A stretch of DNA of 61,452 bases, filler included. It is 4 parts of 4 records of this genome, joined end to end, with 100 filler letters (N's around TTAATTAATTAA, not from the genome) between each part and the next. Parts side by side here need not be neighbours in the genome. Positions count along the whole stretch, not along the records: positions 25,022 to 50,707 come from DRR378314_2270; positions 50,808 to 61,452 come from DRR378314_2272; 2 more parts are not named here. One strand, given 5' to 3'. A program made the position numbers and the translations under genes. The notes below the pieces were generated by a model. The model saw only the letters and a list, made by a program, of their open reading frames with translations. It did no database searches and had not been told where the DNA came from. Below are positions 43,232 to 55,979 of this stretch, in pieces (the first letter of the stretch is position 1; every line of letters begins with the position of its first letter).

Positions 43232-46200
43232 ATGATGAAATTCGTTACGATTATGGCCATTGTGGCATTCGCCTCTGCTGCTGAAAAGGTCAACGTCGGC
43301 GTGTACGTTTGTGCTGCAAGCTCTGTCGGTGCGCTGGGTTCACTGCACCCTGCTTCCGGCCGTTGGCAGCGTGTCTGGCAGCAGCCTAACGCGCAAGTGC
43401 GCAGACCCACGAGCCGGGGACGAGCCGAGTCTGTCACCTACCCAGTAGCTGTCGCGCGTTTGGAATGCATTTCACTTCGAATATGACGTCTGGTAGTACA
43501 GTATCCGTTGCACGTAGACGGCCGCGCGAGGAATACCGCAAGTTGCAGGTGCCTAAAGATCGCTGCACTATGCGTGCTCGGCTGCGCTGGGACTGACCCG
43601 AGAGCGCGCTGCCGTGGCTGCTTGCTCCGCTCCACTTCGCCTACTGCCTGCAGGTACACCGAGTCCCTGGTAAGGCGTGAGCTGACAGAGCGATCAACGT
43701 GAGGTCACTCCATGTTAGAACAAGAAGCAACAACAGAGTGCTCTCGATCATGGTAGCCTGAGACGTCGAGCTGTTCTCAGGCATCGTTCGCGCTCTCGTG
43801 TGCCTCGCACGCTTGGCTGTCCGCACAGAGAACTGGCTGCTTTCGCCCGCTTCGGGACGCGCGCCGCAAGACGCATCACCCACGCTGCAAGCCGCACTCG
43901 TCGCGACGGGCGACCGTAGCTCCTATACGCAACTCTTCCGCTCTTGCTCCCAGGTCGCCCGGCCCGCTTCGTCCTCAGAGCGAATATGCATATGCTTGAA
44001 GTATTGCACCACGAAAAGGCCTCTCATCCCGGGCCCTTTGCCCGCATTGCTGTGTGTCTTCACGCAGTGCCCCGGTTGTGCAGATTTCGCCACGTCCACA
44101 CTGAAGGATGCCATGTCCGACAAGGGAATCGCGGACATTGTGAATCTCAAGTGGGTAAGTTTACGCAAGAAACGCTCCAAACGAGAGCAGTGGCAGTCAA
44201 TGCGCTGGAGAGAGAGAGAGTTCTTGTGTGAAAGCGGATGCATGCCACTGTTGTGCGTGCGCGTAGGATTTCCACGGCCGTTGCTGTAAGCGCACCGCCC
44301 AGTGACGTTTTGTGAGTGCGCGTGTAGGCACGAGGCCCGCGGCTGGCGTCGGGCGTGTCCTATTCAACGTTGCCACAGCGGGTTCGCTGTACTCCTGCCC
44401 TTCGTCGGTCTCAGTCTCGCGTTTGCCATGCTCGCCCATTGTCTGTAAACTGAACGATGCTCGACTGTGCTCCGCTTGCTTTGCATTTTTGTCTAGGTTG
44501 TCTACGGAAACGCTGAGCGTCGCGGCGACAAGTTCCAATGCCAGCACGGTATGGTTGCCGGGGCGAGTTACCACTATTCATTTCTCGTCTGATACAGTTT
44601 TTTTTTGTGTTCGCTCCCTGGATTTGTTCAAGCTCAGCAGGAACGTAGCCTGCTCATACAGAGAATGGCCTGTACTAATGTTTCTGCGTGTGCATGCCTC
44701 CCGTCCGTGCTTGTCTCCCGCGCCGGTGGCTGCGCACCGACATTTTTTTGTGCAACGTCTTGCTGGCTTCTTCTGCAACAGGCCCATCGGAATGCACCGG
44801 AAACTTGATCGAGGTACGACAACGAGCATTCATAAAACACAGAAGAAAAGCAAACAAGCAAACGCGTATGAGTAAGGATAGATCGCCATCGTCATTGGGT
44901 TCTTTTCAAGGATCGTGTTTAGGGCTGCCCCTGCACTGAGTGGCAAAGGGAACGATGTATCAGCGCGGGGCACCTCGTGCAGCTCTTCACAGAATTTCCG
45001 CCGTGTTGCGGATAGCTGCGCGCAGGTTTGCGCGATAGAGTAGTAGCTTGCTTGTGGCGTGGATACTTCTTTCTCTGCCGTTTTATTTTCGTTTTCGATC
45101 TGCATGCGAATCAGCCGCAAAGGGCACGTAATGTGATATGCCGCAGCGCAGCAAGGCGATTTTTGCTGTGGCCGCTGTACGTATAGCTTAGGCATGTTTT
45201 GCTTCCCACGATGGCGTCATGCCGTGCACTCATTGGACAGTTTGTCGAGCGCACCGTCTTTCCCAAACGATATCGTGTTCGTACGCATGACCTTTTTGGC
45301 GACAATGCCCGAAGCTGTGAAGAAGTTGAAGCGAGTGGATGTATCCTCTGGAAAGTGGCTCAGCATGTCAGATCCGCCCGCCGCTACGGTCCACTTTTGC
45401 CACAATGTAGAGTCGTGCTGTTCGTTTTATAGAGTTCCTCTGCTGTTGTCGTTATACTGTTCGCTGCGCGGGGTCCCGCAAGCCAGCCAGGAGCGCAAGG
45501 AGCGGTTGCCAGAATAGTGCGCGTGCTGTATAGCAAGGAGCGTGCTCCTAACCCACCATCCCCTGCGTACGCTGTTCCTCCCATGCGGCGCGCGCTGTCC
45601 GCAGACGTGCGCCATCGCACTGTACAACACGACGTACCTTCCCTTCATGTACTGCATGGAAGGCGACCTCGATCCGTCGGATGCGCGGTCGTGCGCCCAA
45701 CAGGTGTGTGTATGCTGCTTGAGAGCCAGGCATGGGGCACGGTAGGGTCTCAGTGCCGTGTCGTGCGTGGTCAGCGGTATCGCTTCTTTTCCTGCCCACA
45801 CATTTGGTTGCTGCCTGCTGCTTTTGTCTAACCCTTTCGATATCGCCGCAGCAAAGGCACTGCCATGGTATCCATTATTATCATGTAATTCGCTGTCAGC
45901 ATGGTATGCTGGTAGTCGTACGCTCACCGAGTACGTCGCCGCCGGTTCTTGTACATGTAGACCGGCCTGGACTACGAGAAAATCCACTCCTGCGCGCAAG
46001 GCTCCACGGGAACGCAACTCGAGGTCAAGTACGTGTTCCTGCTGTTGGAAGGCGCCAACTCTCTTGTCATTCCGTTCTGTTGTATTTCATTTCGCACGAA
46101 AGTGCTTGCGGGAAACCAGCAGCGCTTCTCTTTGCTTTCGTCCTTTCTAATCTGCCATTCCGGCTTTCCTGTGCTGAAAGTCTCCTTGTGTCCGCCTTGT

Positions 46201-46828
46201 GAAATGCCCGAGAATCACCCCTATTATAGCGTTCGCTGCGACAAGTGTCCATCATACTAATAGCAATGGATATCACGTATGGTTGTAAGCGATGAAGTAT
46301 TTTTTTCTCGCGTCCGCTATTTGTTGCTACTGTTGTACGCTCATGCGTGCTTTGCTCTCAAGTTTGTGCGGCAGCGCTGCGTGGGCCGCGTGATCTCGTA
46401 CATCTGCCCTGTTTTATTCCCATGTCCCTTATCAGAATACAACTGTCGTTCCTCCGCGGGAAAACGCTGTGTACGCAGGGCTGCGGAAGAGACGGAGAGC
46501 TTGAATCCTCCGCATCAATACGTCCCGTGGGTGACGGTGAACGGCGAGGCGCTCGAGGACGACATGGACAATCTCGTCTCTTACATCTGCAAGGTACCGT
46601 TGGTGGGGCCCATTGCTCCGGTTGGAGTGTTGCGCGCTTCTGTATGTGCACTCTCACACACTGTTATATTTCTTTCCTAAACTGATGCAACCATGAACTA
46701 CTTTTCGCCTGTTTTCGTTGCGTATACACGTGCAGGCATACAAGGGCCCGAAGCCGTCCGCCTGCAACCAGCTTGCCGCTCGCCCGTACGTTGGCCGAGT
46801 GCCGTGTTTGCGCCTTTCGTTTTCGTGA
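43232..46828 (+). CDS. Gamma-interferon-inducible lysosomal thiol reductase (GILT/IFI30) homologue, at least 9 exons
   Basis: Signal peptide, spliced YTESL|CPGC active site, YGNA, CQHG|PSECTGN signature, YVPWVTVNG, and ICK|AYKG. The 3' end is uncertain. Confidence 0.88.
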
Positions 46829-48438
46829 TACCATACGCCATGGCTTTCGTATATGAAACGGAGCTGCACTAAGCGGGTTACATAGCAGATATTTCACTGC
46901 GCAGCAGTACGCCTGCCAATGCTCTGCACGCTCTTCCCCAGCGGCATGCGTTGCGCGTCGTGGTTCGCACGGGGTTGGAGTGGCTGGTCGTTTGCGCCGT
47001 AAGATGCTCTCTTTGCCCTCGCGCAGCACCCCTTGTTCGATCTGCAGCTCCCTTACGTATGTACACGCGGCATTGCAAATGCGAGCCTGCGGGATTATAC
47101 CTTATGCATTTGCGCACGGGTCTGATTACCCTGCCGCTGTCTGCTTATGCCGTTGGATCGTCGCAGCCGCACGCGTATCAACGGCCGCACAGTGTGCGCG
47201 CGCGCGTTCGCCGGCGAGGCTCTCGAGGAGGAGCTGCTTGCGTAAGCCTACGAGACTTCTTGTACGGATCTGCGCTGCCACCGCCTTTCCCGCTTCTGCA
47301 TCGATCGCTTCCACGCCCACTAAGGCGTTGGAGTGATTATGCGGCCGCGCGCTGTTGCACTGTGGTTTGCTGTCAAGGCAAACACGCCGACGCCAGCAGA
47401 AAGGCGCCTGTTTCGAATACAGCAGCGGCGAGCTCGCCTCCGCCCTCTCCGCGCGCGGTTCGGTCACGCGCCGTGCTGCATACCCAGTAAACTCTCTCTT
47501 CCACCGCATTGGCTCAGTCGAGCATCTTTGCACGTGCGACGGGATAGCGAAACGGTTGCCACTCGCACGCGATGCAAGCTCCTCCAGCAGAGAGCTTCGG
47601 AAGGGCCAAGAGCGACTTGCCGCGGGCAAAGCAAGGAGCAACGCTTGGGTAGGGCTCCGGATCGCGCAAATGCTGCGGCACGGCGCCGGACGGCGCGCGC
47701 GTCGCCTCTCTGCGCCATTTGCCGCCGCATACCCAGTTGGCCAGCGACCGTGAGGAACCGCGCGCGTGCCCTTTTGCAACCTTTGGTTGTCACGGGAACA
47801 ACGCAAGGTATGGTTGGATCGATAAGGGTGAAGGGACTGGGAAAGATCTCCTCTTGCGAGCAGCTTGCGCATTCCGTTGACACAAGTTCTTGCGAGAGCG
47901 CCAGTGCGTCGGCGTCCCGGGGCGCCCGAAGCAGGAGGGAAAGATGCCCCACGCACTTCGTCGGAGGATGTACTCGCTTGTCTACTCTGTTCTGTTACAC
48001 TACGCCCTTGTCAACTATGATTTCGCTCGTTAGAAACTCTTGGCATCACCTAAGGAAGGGCGGCACACTAAGCACACTGCTACAGGGCGCTTTGCAAACG
48101 TTGGCCCCAACGCATTCGAAGACTGCAGATCGCCGTGGACCGTCGCCGCCCTTGCGCGTCGCTAGTTTGCGGCATTTCGAGTCAACCTGCCCTATGTCGT
48201 GTCCTTCACGCACCATCATAGAAATCACGCATAATCATGATTGAAAACTAATGTGCACAAACGATGACCTGCGTTTCGGTCTGCGCGATTCTGGTGCGCT
48301 AGGAGAGCTACTCCTCTGCGCGCTTGCTGGCGCAGCGACTGCTCGCCCTGCAGCCACGCCGGAGCAACCGGTGCTCGACTGTCCAGATCTGCGCAAGCTA
48401 TTGTTGCTGTTTCTGCTCCTTTGCGAGTGACGTGGGCC

Positions 48439-50600
48439 ATGCGATCATCTGGAAAGCGCGCAAACTCCTTTGATTCTGACGATTTGGAGGACATTTGGCT
48501 CGTCAGCGAACGTTCAACCACCACCTCGGTCCCGCTTGGGGCAGTAGCGCGAGCAAAGGCCGCCGACGGGCGCGTCCGGGTCCTCTGCGGTCGCGCAGCC
48601 AGCTGCGACATTGTGCTCGATGACCCAAAGTTCTTGCAAAACGTTTCTCGAAAGCACTGCGTCTTTGACGTTAGCTTTACCAGCACCGGAAAAATTCGTC
48701 AGGTCATTGTGACTGACGTCGACTCGCTGAATGGTGTGCTGGTCAATGGGAGAAAGGTGCGCACACGCTCCGCGATGCCGGCAGCAGCGCAGCAGTGCTC
48801 CCGCCAACGCAACGCGCAATGCGGTGCCGAGGAAACTGCGCCCATAGCACGAGTGGTGCGAGTACTGATCGCGCTCCCAAGCAAGCTCACATGCGTGTGC
48901 GCAAGCGTATATATTATGTTGTGCAGTATATACTCTATCGATTGGCATGCGAATGTGTGCGCATCGCCCGGATCTCTATGAGAGGCACACCGCCTGAGCG
49001 CAGAGGAGATACTTACAGCGCGGCGTGACGCACGATGTTGCCGCATCGCGCCAGCCCTGGTCGCAAGCGGCACTGGCGCATAGTCGTGCCACATTGCATA
49101 AGCGAACGAGAGTGGGGTTGTCATCCGTCTGGCTCCACACACGACGCAAGTATTGAATCATTCCTTGCGCAAGATAGTGCGCTGTGCTAACCGTGGGTTT
49201 TTGTGTTCTCTTCTTTGTGCGATCGGTTTTACCTTGCGTGCTGACCTCTACGACGCTGTAAAGGTTGCACGTGCAGCACTGCGCGTTGGCGACGTAGTAT
49301 GCATTGGTGGAGGAGGCAGGGTGGGTCTCGGTCGTACGCTTTCGCTCCGCAGCGTCCGCTCATCCTTGGTGTACCGGGTGCAGAAAAAGGCCGTTGCCAG
49401 CGTACTTTCGTCGGCAGGTACGCACCGTATGTGTTTGGCCACAATAGGCGATACTGCAAGCGATCCCCTTTGCCGCTCCCTTCTCCCCCGCAGCCGTCAT
49501 CTACTATTGCTGCTATTGGCTGGTCCTGCGAACTTTAAGCAACAGCGCCAGTGAGCGCAGAGCAGCACTTTCAAGGCGAAATCATCGTATATGGTACAGA
49601 AATGGTCAGGATAATAATGTTGGTGGTATATCCATGCGGCAGCATGCGCTGCTATATCATATTATTTTTTTCGAATACGCATTTGTACTCAGTACCAACG
49701 CCACGCGCTTCTGGCGATCAAACATGCACTGTGCGCGTAGCACCGGCAATGAAGCAGGCACTTCGTATGTCATGCTTACCCAATGTTCGTTCGTTCGTTG
49801 GCTTTGTACTGTTTTCTTCGCCCTTCTCCGATTCTGCTTGCGCATATACAAAGACGACAAAACTACGAGCAAGCGCCGTCGTATATCGCTGCCCGCATCT
49901 TCCTTGACAAACCAGGCAGAACGCGATTCACCAGAGCCCCACTCGCCGCGACTACAGATACAAGGGTTGCGTGAAAGCACAGGTCATGGAGATATCAACT
50001 CTCGAACCGAAGGCTCACCCTGGACGGATCCCTGTGCGCTCCATGCACCAGCGCTGCCGTCGATTTCGTCCGAAATGGCACCCACGACTACTGCTCAGCG
50101 CACTACCCGTACACCTCATGCTATCAGCAACGCTGCGCACGGTGCCGCTACTGCATCCTCACGGCCGGGTGCATCCGCTCCAGCCTTGCCAACGAGAGAT
50201 CGACCGCAATCAGACAGTGATGTTGGCGCCCTGCAAACTCCGTCTCGCTCCTCCGCGCGTGGAACGCCCGGAAGCATTCCGCGATCGGCGCGGCGGCGCG
50301 CAGCAGCGGCGCGCGCCGCCGCGGCGGAGCTCACATGTCCGATTTGCGTGGAGATGTTAGCAGAGCCAGTCGTACTCCCTTGCGGTCACGCGTTTTGCTT
50401 CATGTGTTGTGAAGAGTGGCTATCGCTCAGTGAGGACGACATCGAATCCCATTTGCCGCCTTCGCGCGCTGCAGCAGCTCGTCAGAGCTGTCCGGTCTGC
50501 CGTGCAGCCGTCGATCACGACCCTCGCGTTGCGCGCACTCTCACAGCTGCTGTCAATGCATTGGCTCGCGGTGCAACGGCAGCAGAACTGCAGAAGTATG
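48439..50600 (+). CDS. FHA + RING E3 ubiquitin ligase (RNF8/CHFR-like), 3' incomplete
   Basis: FHA GR...VSRKH...DSLNGVLVNG|...LRVGD in exons 48439-48756 and ~49264-49417. C3HC4 RING CPIC...CGH.FC..C...CPVCR at ~50337-50502. Confidence 0.82.
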
Positions 50601-50654
50601 TTCTCGCACATGTGCAATGCAAACAGCCATACCAAATGTATTGGCTGCGCTGCG

Positions 50655-50707
50655 TGTGTGTGCTTACTGTGCGTGTGTGTGCTTACTGTGTGTGCTTAGT
50701 GTGTGTG
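50655..50707. repeat. (TG)n-rich microsatellite at the contig end
   Basis: GTGTGTGCTTACT-type units running into the gap. Confidence 0.7.
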
Positions 50708-50807
50708 NNNNNNNNNNNNNNNNNNNNNNNNNNNNNNNNNNNNNNNNNNNNTTAATTAATTAANNNNNNNNNNNNNNNNNNNNNNNNNNNNNNNNNNNNN
50801 NNNNNNN
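50708..50807. other. Artificial contig spacer
   Basis: N44-TTAATTAATTAA-N44. Confidence 0.99.
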
Positions 50808-53800
50808 TCGGTGAGCTGGTAGGTCTCCTGCATCCAGACCATGCAGTTGGTTAAGGCATCATGGCGGATGGCGGCGCCCTTGGGTCGCCCAGTGGAGCCC
50901 GAAGTGTAAATCACGTAGGCGAGGTGCTCGCCGTGCAGCGCCACCGCTGGATCGGTAGAGGCGTGATGTGCAACGTCCAGCCGATCCAACTCAACAACGC
51001 TTAGGCCATCCGCTACCGGCAGTGACTTGCGCAAGTGGTGCTGAGTCAGCAGCAGCTCAATGCCGCTATCTTCGGCGATGAAGTCCAGCCGCTCCGAGGG
51101 ATACTCCAGATCCAGCGGCACATAGGCGCCACCCGCCTTGAGAATCGCCAGCAACCCCACCACCATCTCGATGGAGCGCTCCATAGCGATGCCCACTCGG
51201 GTCTCTGGCTTTACGCCAAGGCCGATCAAATAGTGTGACAGGCGGTTCGCGTGGGTATTAAGTTCAGCGTAGCTGAGTGACTGATCAGCAAATACGAGCG
51301 CCGTGGTTTCAGGGATTGCCGCCGCTTGTTGCTCAATCAAATGATGAACTGGCGCAGCATCGGAATATCCTTGAGTGTTTACTCCCCATTGGATAAGTTG
51401 CTGCTGCTCAGAATTTTCAAGCAACTCGATATCACCCAGTGCCTGCCCTGGTGACATAAGCAACCTTTGCAGCAATGTCTCAAAATATCCCGCAAGGCGC
51501 TGAATGGTCTCAGGCTCGAACAGCCCCGACGCGTAAACCATGCTAAATTTCAGCTGTCCATCAGGGGACTCCCGCACCTCTAGTGTTAAATCGAACTGAG
51601 CATCCTGCTGTAGAAACCCTGACTCAGTCAGTGTCAAATCGGGCAATGTCTGAAAGCCAGAGAGATCCTCTTGCCGATAGTTGAACATGACTTGGACAAG
51701 TGGGTTATGAGTCGAATTACGTGTGGGCTGTAGCGCTTCAACAAGCTGCTCAAAAGGTAAGTTTGAGTGCGCCAGGGCACCGATAACAGCGTCTTGACAC
51801 TGTGTCAGTATCGTTTCAAATGAGTGGCGACTATCGATGTTATTGCGCAATACCAAGGTATTAACAAAAAACCCGATTACCCTCTCTATTTCCTGACGCT
51901 GCCGATTAGCCACCGGCACTCCCACGCGGATCTCTTGCTGCCCGCTATACCGGTGCAACAGTCCTTGAAAGGCTGCCAAGAGCACAGTGAAAAGGCTTAT
52001 ATTCTGACTCTCGGCGAGTCGGCGCAGGCCCACTTGGAGCTCGTTGGAAAGAGAAAACCCATGCTGACCGGCACGCTTGGCCGTTGACGCCTGCCGGGGA
52101 TGGTCGGTTGGCAAGTCCAACACAGGGTGCTCGCTGCCAAGCTGTTGTTGCCAATAAGCAAGCTGTCGCTCTCCCTCACCGTCTGCCAGCCAGTCACGCT
52201 GCCAACTTGCATAGTCAGCGTATTGGACACTCAACTCAGGCAACTGAGCAGGCTCACGGCGCATATGGGCACGATAAAAGGCCACCAACTCATCGAGTAT
52301 GATCTGCATCGATACGCCATCGGAAATAGTGTGATGCATGACCACGACCAAGGCATAGGCATCGTCGCTCACACACAGCAACGCAGCTCGCAACAGCGGG
52401 CCTGTTGAGAGATCGAACGGCTCATCATTTATCCGTCGTATCGTGTCATCTTCACGCTGCTGAGCTTCCTCAGCAGGCATGCCACGAAAATCGACGACTT
52501 CCAGGTCAAAGGTAGGGTCAGGCCTAATTAACTGTTTAGGCCCCCCATCCTTATCAACGTAAAACAGAGTACGCAACGACTCATGCCGGGCTACCAAACC
52601 GTCAAAGGCATCACGCATTGCTGCAGTGTCCAATTGGCCTGATAAACGCAGAACGCCACCGATATGGTAAGCCGTACTCTCAGGTTCTAGTTGCCATAAA
52701 AACCATAGGCGTTGCTGGTCATGGGAGAGAGGCAGTGGCTCGGCACGGTGTGTAGGTGACAATATTGGGATCGGCGAGCGCCCCGAATTGGCATGATCAC
52801 TGCTGATACGCTCGACTTCATTTGCCATAGCGCCCAGTGAGGAGTGTTCAAACACTGACTTAGCTGAAAAATCAATCACCCAATGATCGCTAATGCGTGA
52901 AGCCAACTGCACCGCCGCCAGAGAATTCCCCCCGCTGGCGAAGAAGTGGGCATTGCTTCCCAGTGGCGTTTCCTTGTTGTCTCCCAGCACTTGGCGCCAT
53001 AGCATCACTAACGTCTGCTCGGTTTCGCTCCCAGCTTCCGTAGTAGATTGTGATGACTCTCCATCACTGGCGTCATCGTCGCCACCGCTGACAAAATGCC
53101 CAAAGGCGTGAATGGCGTAGGCATCCAGACTGCCCGTCTCCCAGCCTTGGCGGCAGGCACTGCGCTGCAGTTTGCCGCTGGAGGTTTTGGGAAGGCCACC
53201 TGGGTTGAGCAGTAGCACTACCGAAAGCGGCTCGTGGCAAGCGGATCCCACCGTCTCGCTTAGCGCTTCGACCAACTTCTCGGCGGGCACTAGCTTCTGT
53301 ATGCCGCGAGAGACTTCTGCCGCAACGCCGATCCCTTCAGCACCTTCGGGGGTGGTCACTGCAAAGGCTGCAATGCGCCCCTTACGGACCGCTTCTACCT
53401 CGGCCTCAATAGCGCACTCGATATCCTGGGGGTAGACGTTATGGCCGCGCAGAATGATGAGATCTTTGATACGCCCAGCGATATACAGCTGCCCTTGGTG
53501 CAGAAAGCCTAGATCTCCGGTACGTAGCCAGCGGTCGTCGTGGCCCTGCGCATCGGTATTGTGAGCGCCGCTATCATTAGCATCAGTACGTTGCCAACTA
53601 ACCCCATCGCGGGTAACAAAGGTGTGAGCCGTTGCTCCTGGGTTCTGCCAATACCCGTGTGCCACGCTGGGCCCATTGACCCATATCTCGCCGACGTCAC
53701 CTTCGGGCAGCGAGTGAAACTCCTCGGGATCGACAATATCGATAGCGTGATCGGGTTGCGACGTGCCACAGCCCACCTGGGTATTACCTTCGGCTGTTGA

Positions 53801-54901
53801 GGCAGCTTTTCCCTCGGCCAGCGACTGTTGAGAAAAAGCCGTGCCCACCACGCCCGTACCGCGCGGATTACAACTAACCAGCAGCGTGGCTTCAGCTAGA
53901 CCATAGCAAGGGGCTGCGGTATCAGCAGAGAAGCCCGCCGGGCGGAAGTGTTCAATAAAGCCAGTGAGGGTTGCGTGGCGTACCGGCTCGGCGCCTGAGA
54001 ATGCGACCCGCCAGCTGGATAAGTCGAGCGCCTCAAGCTGCTCGTCGCGGATACGCTCAAGACACAGCCGATAGGCAAAATCGGGGCCACCGCTAATGGT
54101 GCCTCGATGGCGGGAGATCGCTTCCAGCCAGCGTACCGGTCGCTGTAAAAAGAAGGTGGGGCTCATCAATACCGCAGGGATACCGCGATAGATGGGCTGC
54201 AGCAGGCCGCCAATCAGCCCCATATCGTGGTAAAGCGGCAGCCAACTGACGAAAACATCGTCGGCACCAATCGAGAAGCCCGTCTCAATAGCACGCTCGT
54301 TCGCCATCAAGTTGCTATGGCTCACCATCACCCCTTTGGGCGTGGCCGTGGAGCCTGAGGTGTATTGCAAAAAGGCGATATCACCACGCTTTGGGTGATG
54401 CTCGACCCAGTGTTCAGCGCAGCTCTCATCTACGGCATCCACGGGGATCAATTCCGCACTACCGAAGCCTTCGCTCGCCGATGCGACCACATCGATAATC
54501 GTTGTAGAGGTGAGTACACAGGCGGCCTGGGAGTCGGTGGCAATGGCGAGCAGACGTGCCAGATGTTGCTGCTTGGCCGACTCTGGAGGGAAGACCGGCA
54601 CGGCAATCACCCCGGCATACAGGCAGGCGAAGAACGCCACCACATAGTGCTCATCGTTATCCAGCAGAATCAAGGCACGCTCACCAACCGGGAACCGCTG
54701 CTGGAGCTCGCTGGCCAGGGCACGGGAACGCCGCTCCAGGGTGGCGTAGTCAAGGATGGTCTCACCTTGTGCGTTCACTACAATCAGCGCCCTGTCGCTG
54801 GGCCTTTCCCGGGCCAGGCGACTTAAATGCTCAACGAAGCTGTGGTTAGCAACGTTATGGGACGGGTGGCTGTTCATTGTCTGAGCGTGCCTTATATTCA
54901 T
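50808..54901 (-). CDS. Lipopeptide NRPS starter (FAAL-ACP-C-A..., PvdL-like), 3' truncated
   Basis: FAAL (FLQYTSGST, WLPLYHDMGL, CYGLAE, LPKTSSGK), carrier GGNSL, C domain HHTISDG, and A domain YTSGSTGRPKG cut by the gap. Confidence 0.95.
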
Positions 54902-54946
54902 ATGCGTACCTGCTGGAACTCCTGGCCGTGAGATGAGGTGTTATGT

Positions 54947-55948
54947 TTAGTCGTTGGAGAGGTTGCCATGACCTTCCGCCATGGCGACGACGACTTTGCG
55001 CGGCCCTTTGAACGGCGTGCGTGCATGGGCGACCAGCATGTTGTCGAGCATCAGCACATCGCCTGCCTGCCAGGGGAACATCACCGTTTCGTCGGCCAGT
55101 ACGCCGCGGATCTCATCGAAGATGGCATCGTCGATGGGGCTGCCATCGGCAAAGAAGACGTTGCGCGGCATGTCTTCGGGGTCTAGCAGCTCTTCCAGCG
55201 ACTCTCGTACCTCTGGCTGCAGGTTGGAGACATGGAAAAGATGGCCTTGGTTGAACCACACCTGCTCACCGGTGACAGGGTGAGTCTCTATGCTTTGGCA
55301 CAGTTGGGTGGTACGCAGGTCACCATCGGGCTTCCACTCACAGCGAATACCCGCGCGCTGGCAGAATGCCTCCACTTCGGCGCGGTCTTCGGTGTTAAAC
55401 ACCTTTTGCCAAGGCATGTCGAAATCGCCGTAGTTGCGTACGTAGAGAATGCCGGGGGCAAAGCGCTCGCGGATCTCTACGGGCATACGGCGGTAAATAG
55501 CGCGGCTATCGGCTATCGGCGTCTCTCCCCCTTCGGGGGAAGCGGTGACACAGTGGAACCAGATTTTCATCGGCCACTCGCGGGTGTAGGCCTGCTCATT
55601 GTGGAGGGGAATATGTTGATGAGCGGGATACTCGGTCGAGGTATAAATGCCTGACGAAACCGCTGAACGCGGTGTTGAGGCGAACTCATAGCTCAGCAGA
55701 GGATGACCAAAGGCGGCAGCAAACTGCTGAAAATCGTCCACGGAGGGAACATCGAAACCTCTTAGCAACACCCCACCGACTCTGGCCACCAGCGTCTCAA
55801 TATCCGCGCGCAACTCGCCAAAGGCTTCCAGCAGTGGCTGCCCTGGGTAGGAGGGAGAAATCATAATGGGCAGCTCCGAATCAGTAGGCCCCTGACGTTT
55901 GGATATGGTGTTGGTTTGTTGCGTTGGTGTTGCGCTTTGGCTGTCCAT
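54947..55948 (-). CDS. TauD/SyrP-like Fe(II)/2-oxoglutarate beta-hydroxylase
   Basis: YTSTEYP, IPLHNEQAY, WFNQGHLFH, DNMLVAHAR. Confidence 0.9.
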   Translation of the reverse strand: MDSQSATPTQQTNTISKRQGPTDSELPIMISPSYPGQPLLEAFGELRADIETLVARVGGVLLRGFDVPSVDDFQQFAAAFGHPLLSYEFASTPRSAVSSGIYTSTEYPAHQHIPLHNEQAYTREWPMKIWFHCVTASPEGGETPIADSRAIYRRMPVEIRERFAPGILYVRNYGDFDMPWQKVFNTEDRAEVEAFCQRAGIRCEWKPDGDLRTTQLCQSIETHPVTGEQVWFNQGHLFHVSNLQPEVRESLEELLDPEDMPRNVFFADGSPIDDAIFDEIRGVLADETVMFPWQAGDVLMLDNMLVAHARTPFKGPRKVVVAMAEGHGNLSND

Positions 55949-55979
55949 TATTGGTCTCCTAAAAAGTCATTGAGTAGCG

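Noticed and set aside
34420-44080. Selenocysteine in the redoxin or GILT CxxC motifs
   Set aside because: All four active-site codons are TGT/TGC.
25585-46828. Functional clustering of endolysosomal/redox genes (LEA_2, VPS25, GILT, redoxin)
   Set aside because: They are interspersed with unrelated genes; chance adjacency is sufficient without synteny data.
46880-48400. ORFs 47126-47956, 47333-48244 and 47464-47952
   Set aside because: No recognisable motif or consistent exon chain. An unrecognised gene cannot be excluded.
24922-50807. Horizontal transfer of eukaryotic genes into a bacterium, or the reverse
   Set aside because: The junctions are artificial spacers, so adjacency is not evidence.
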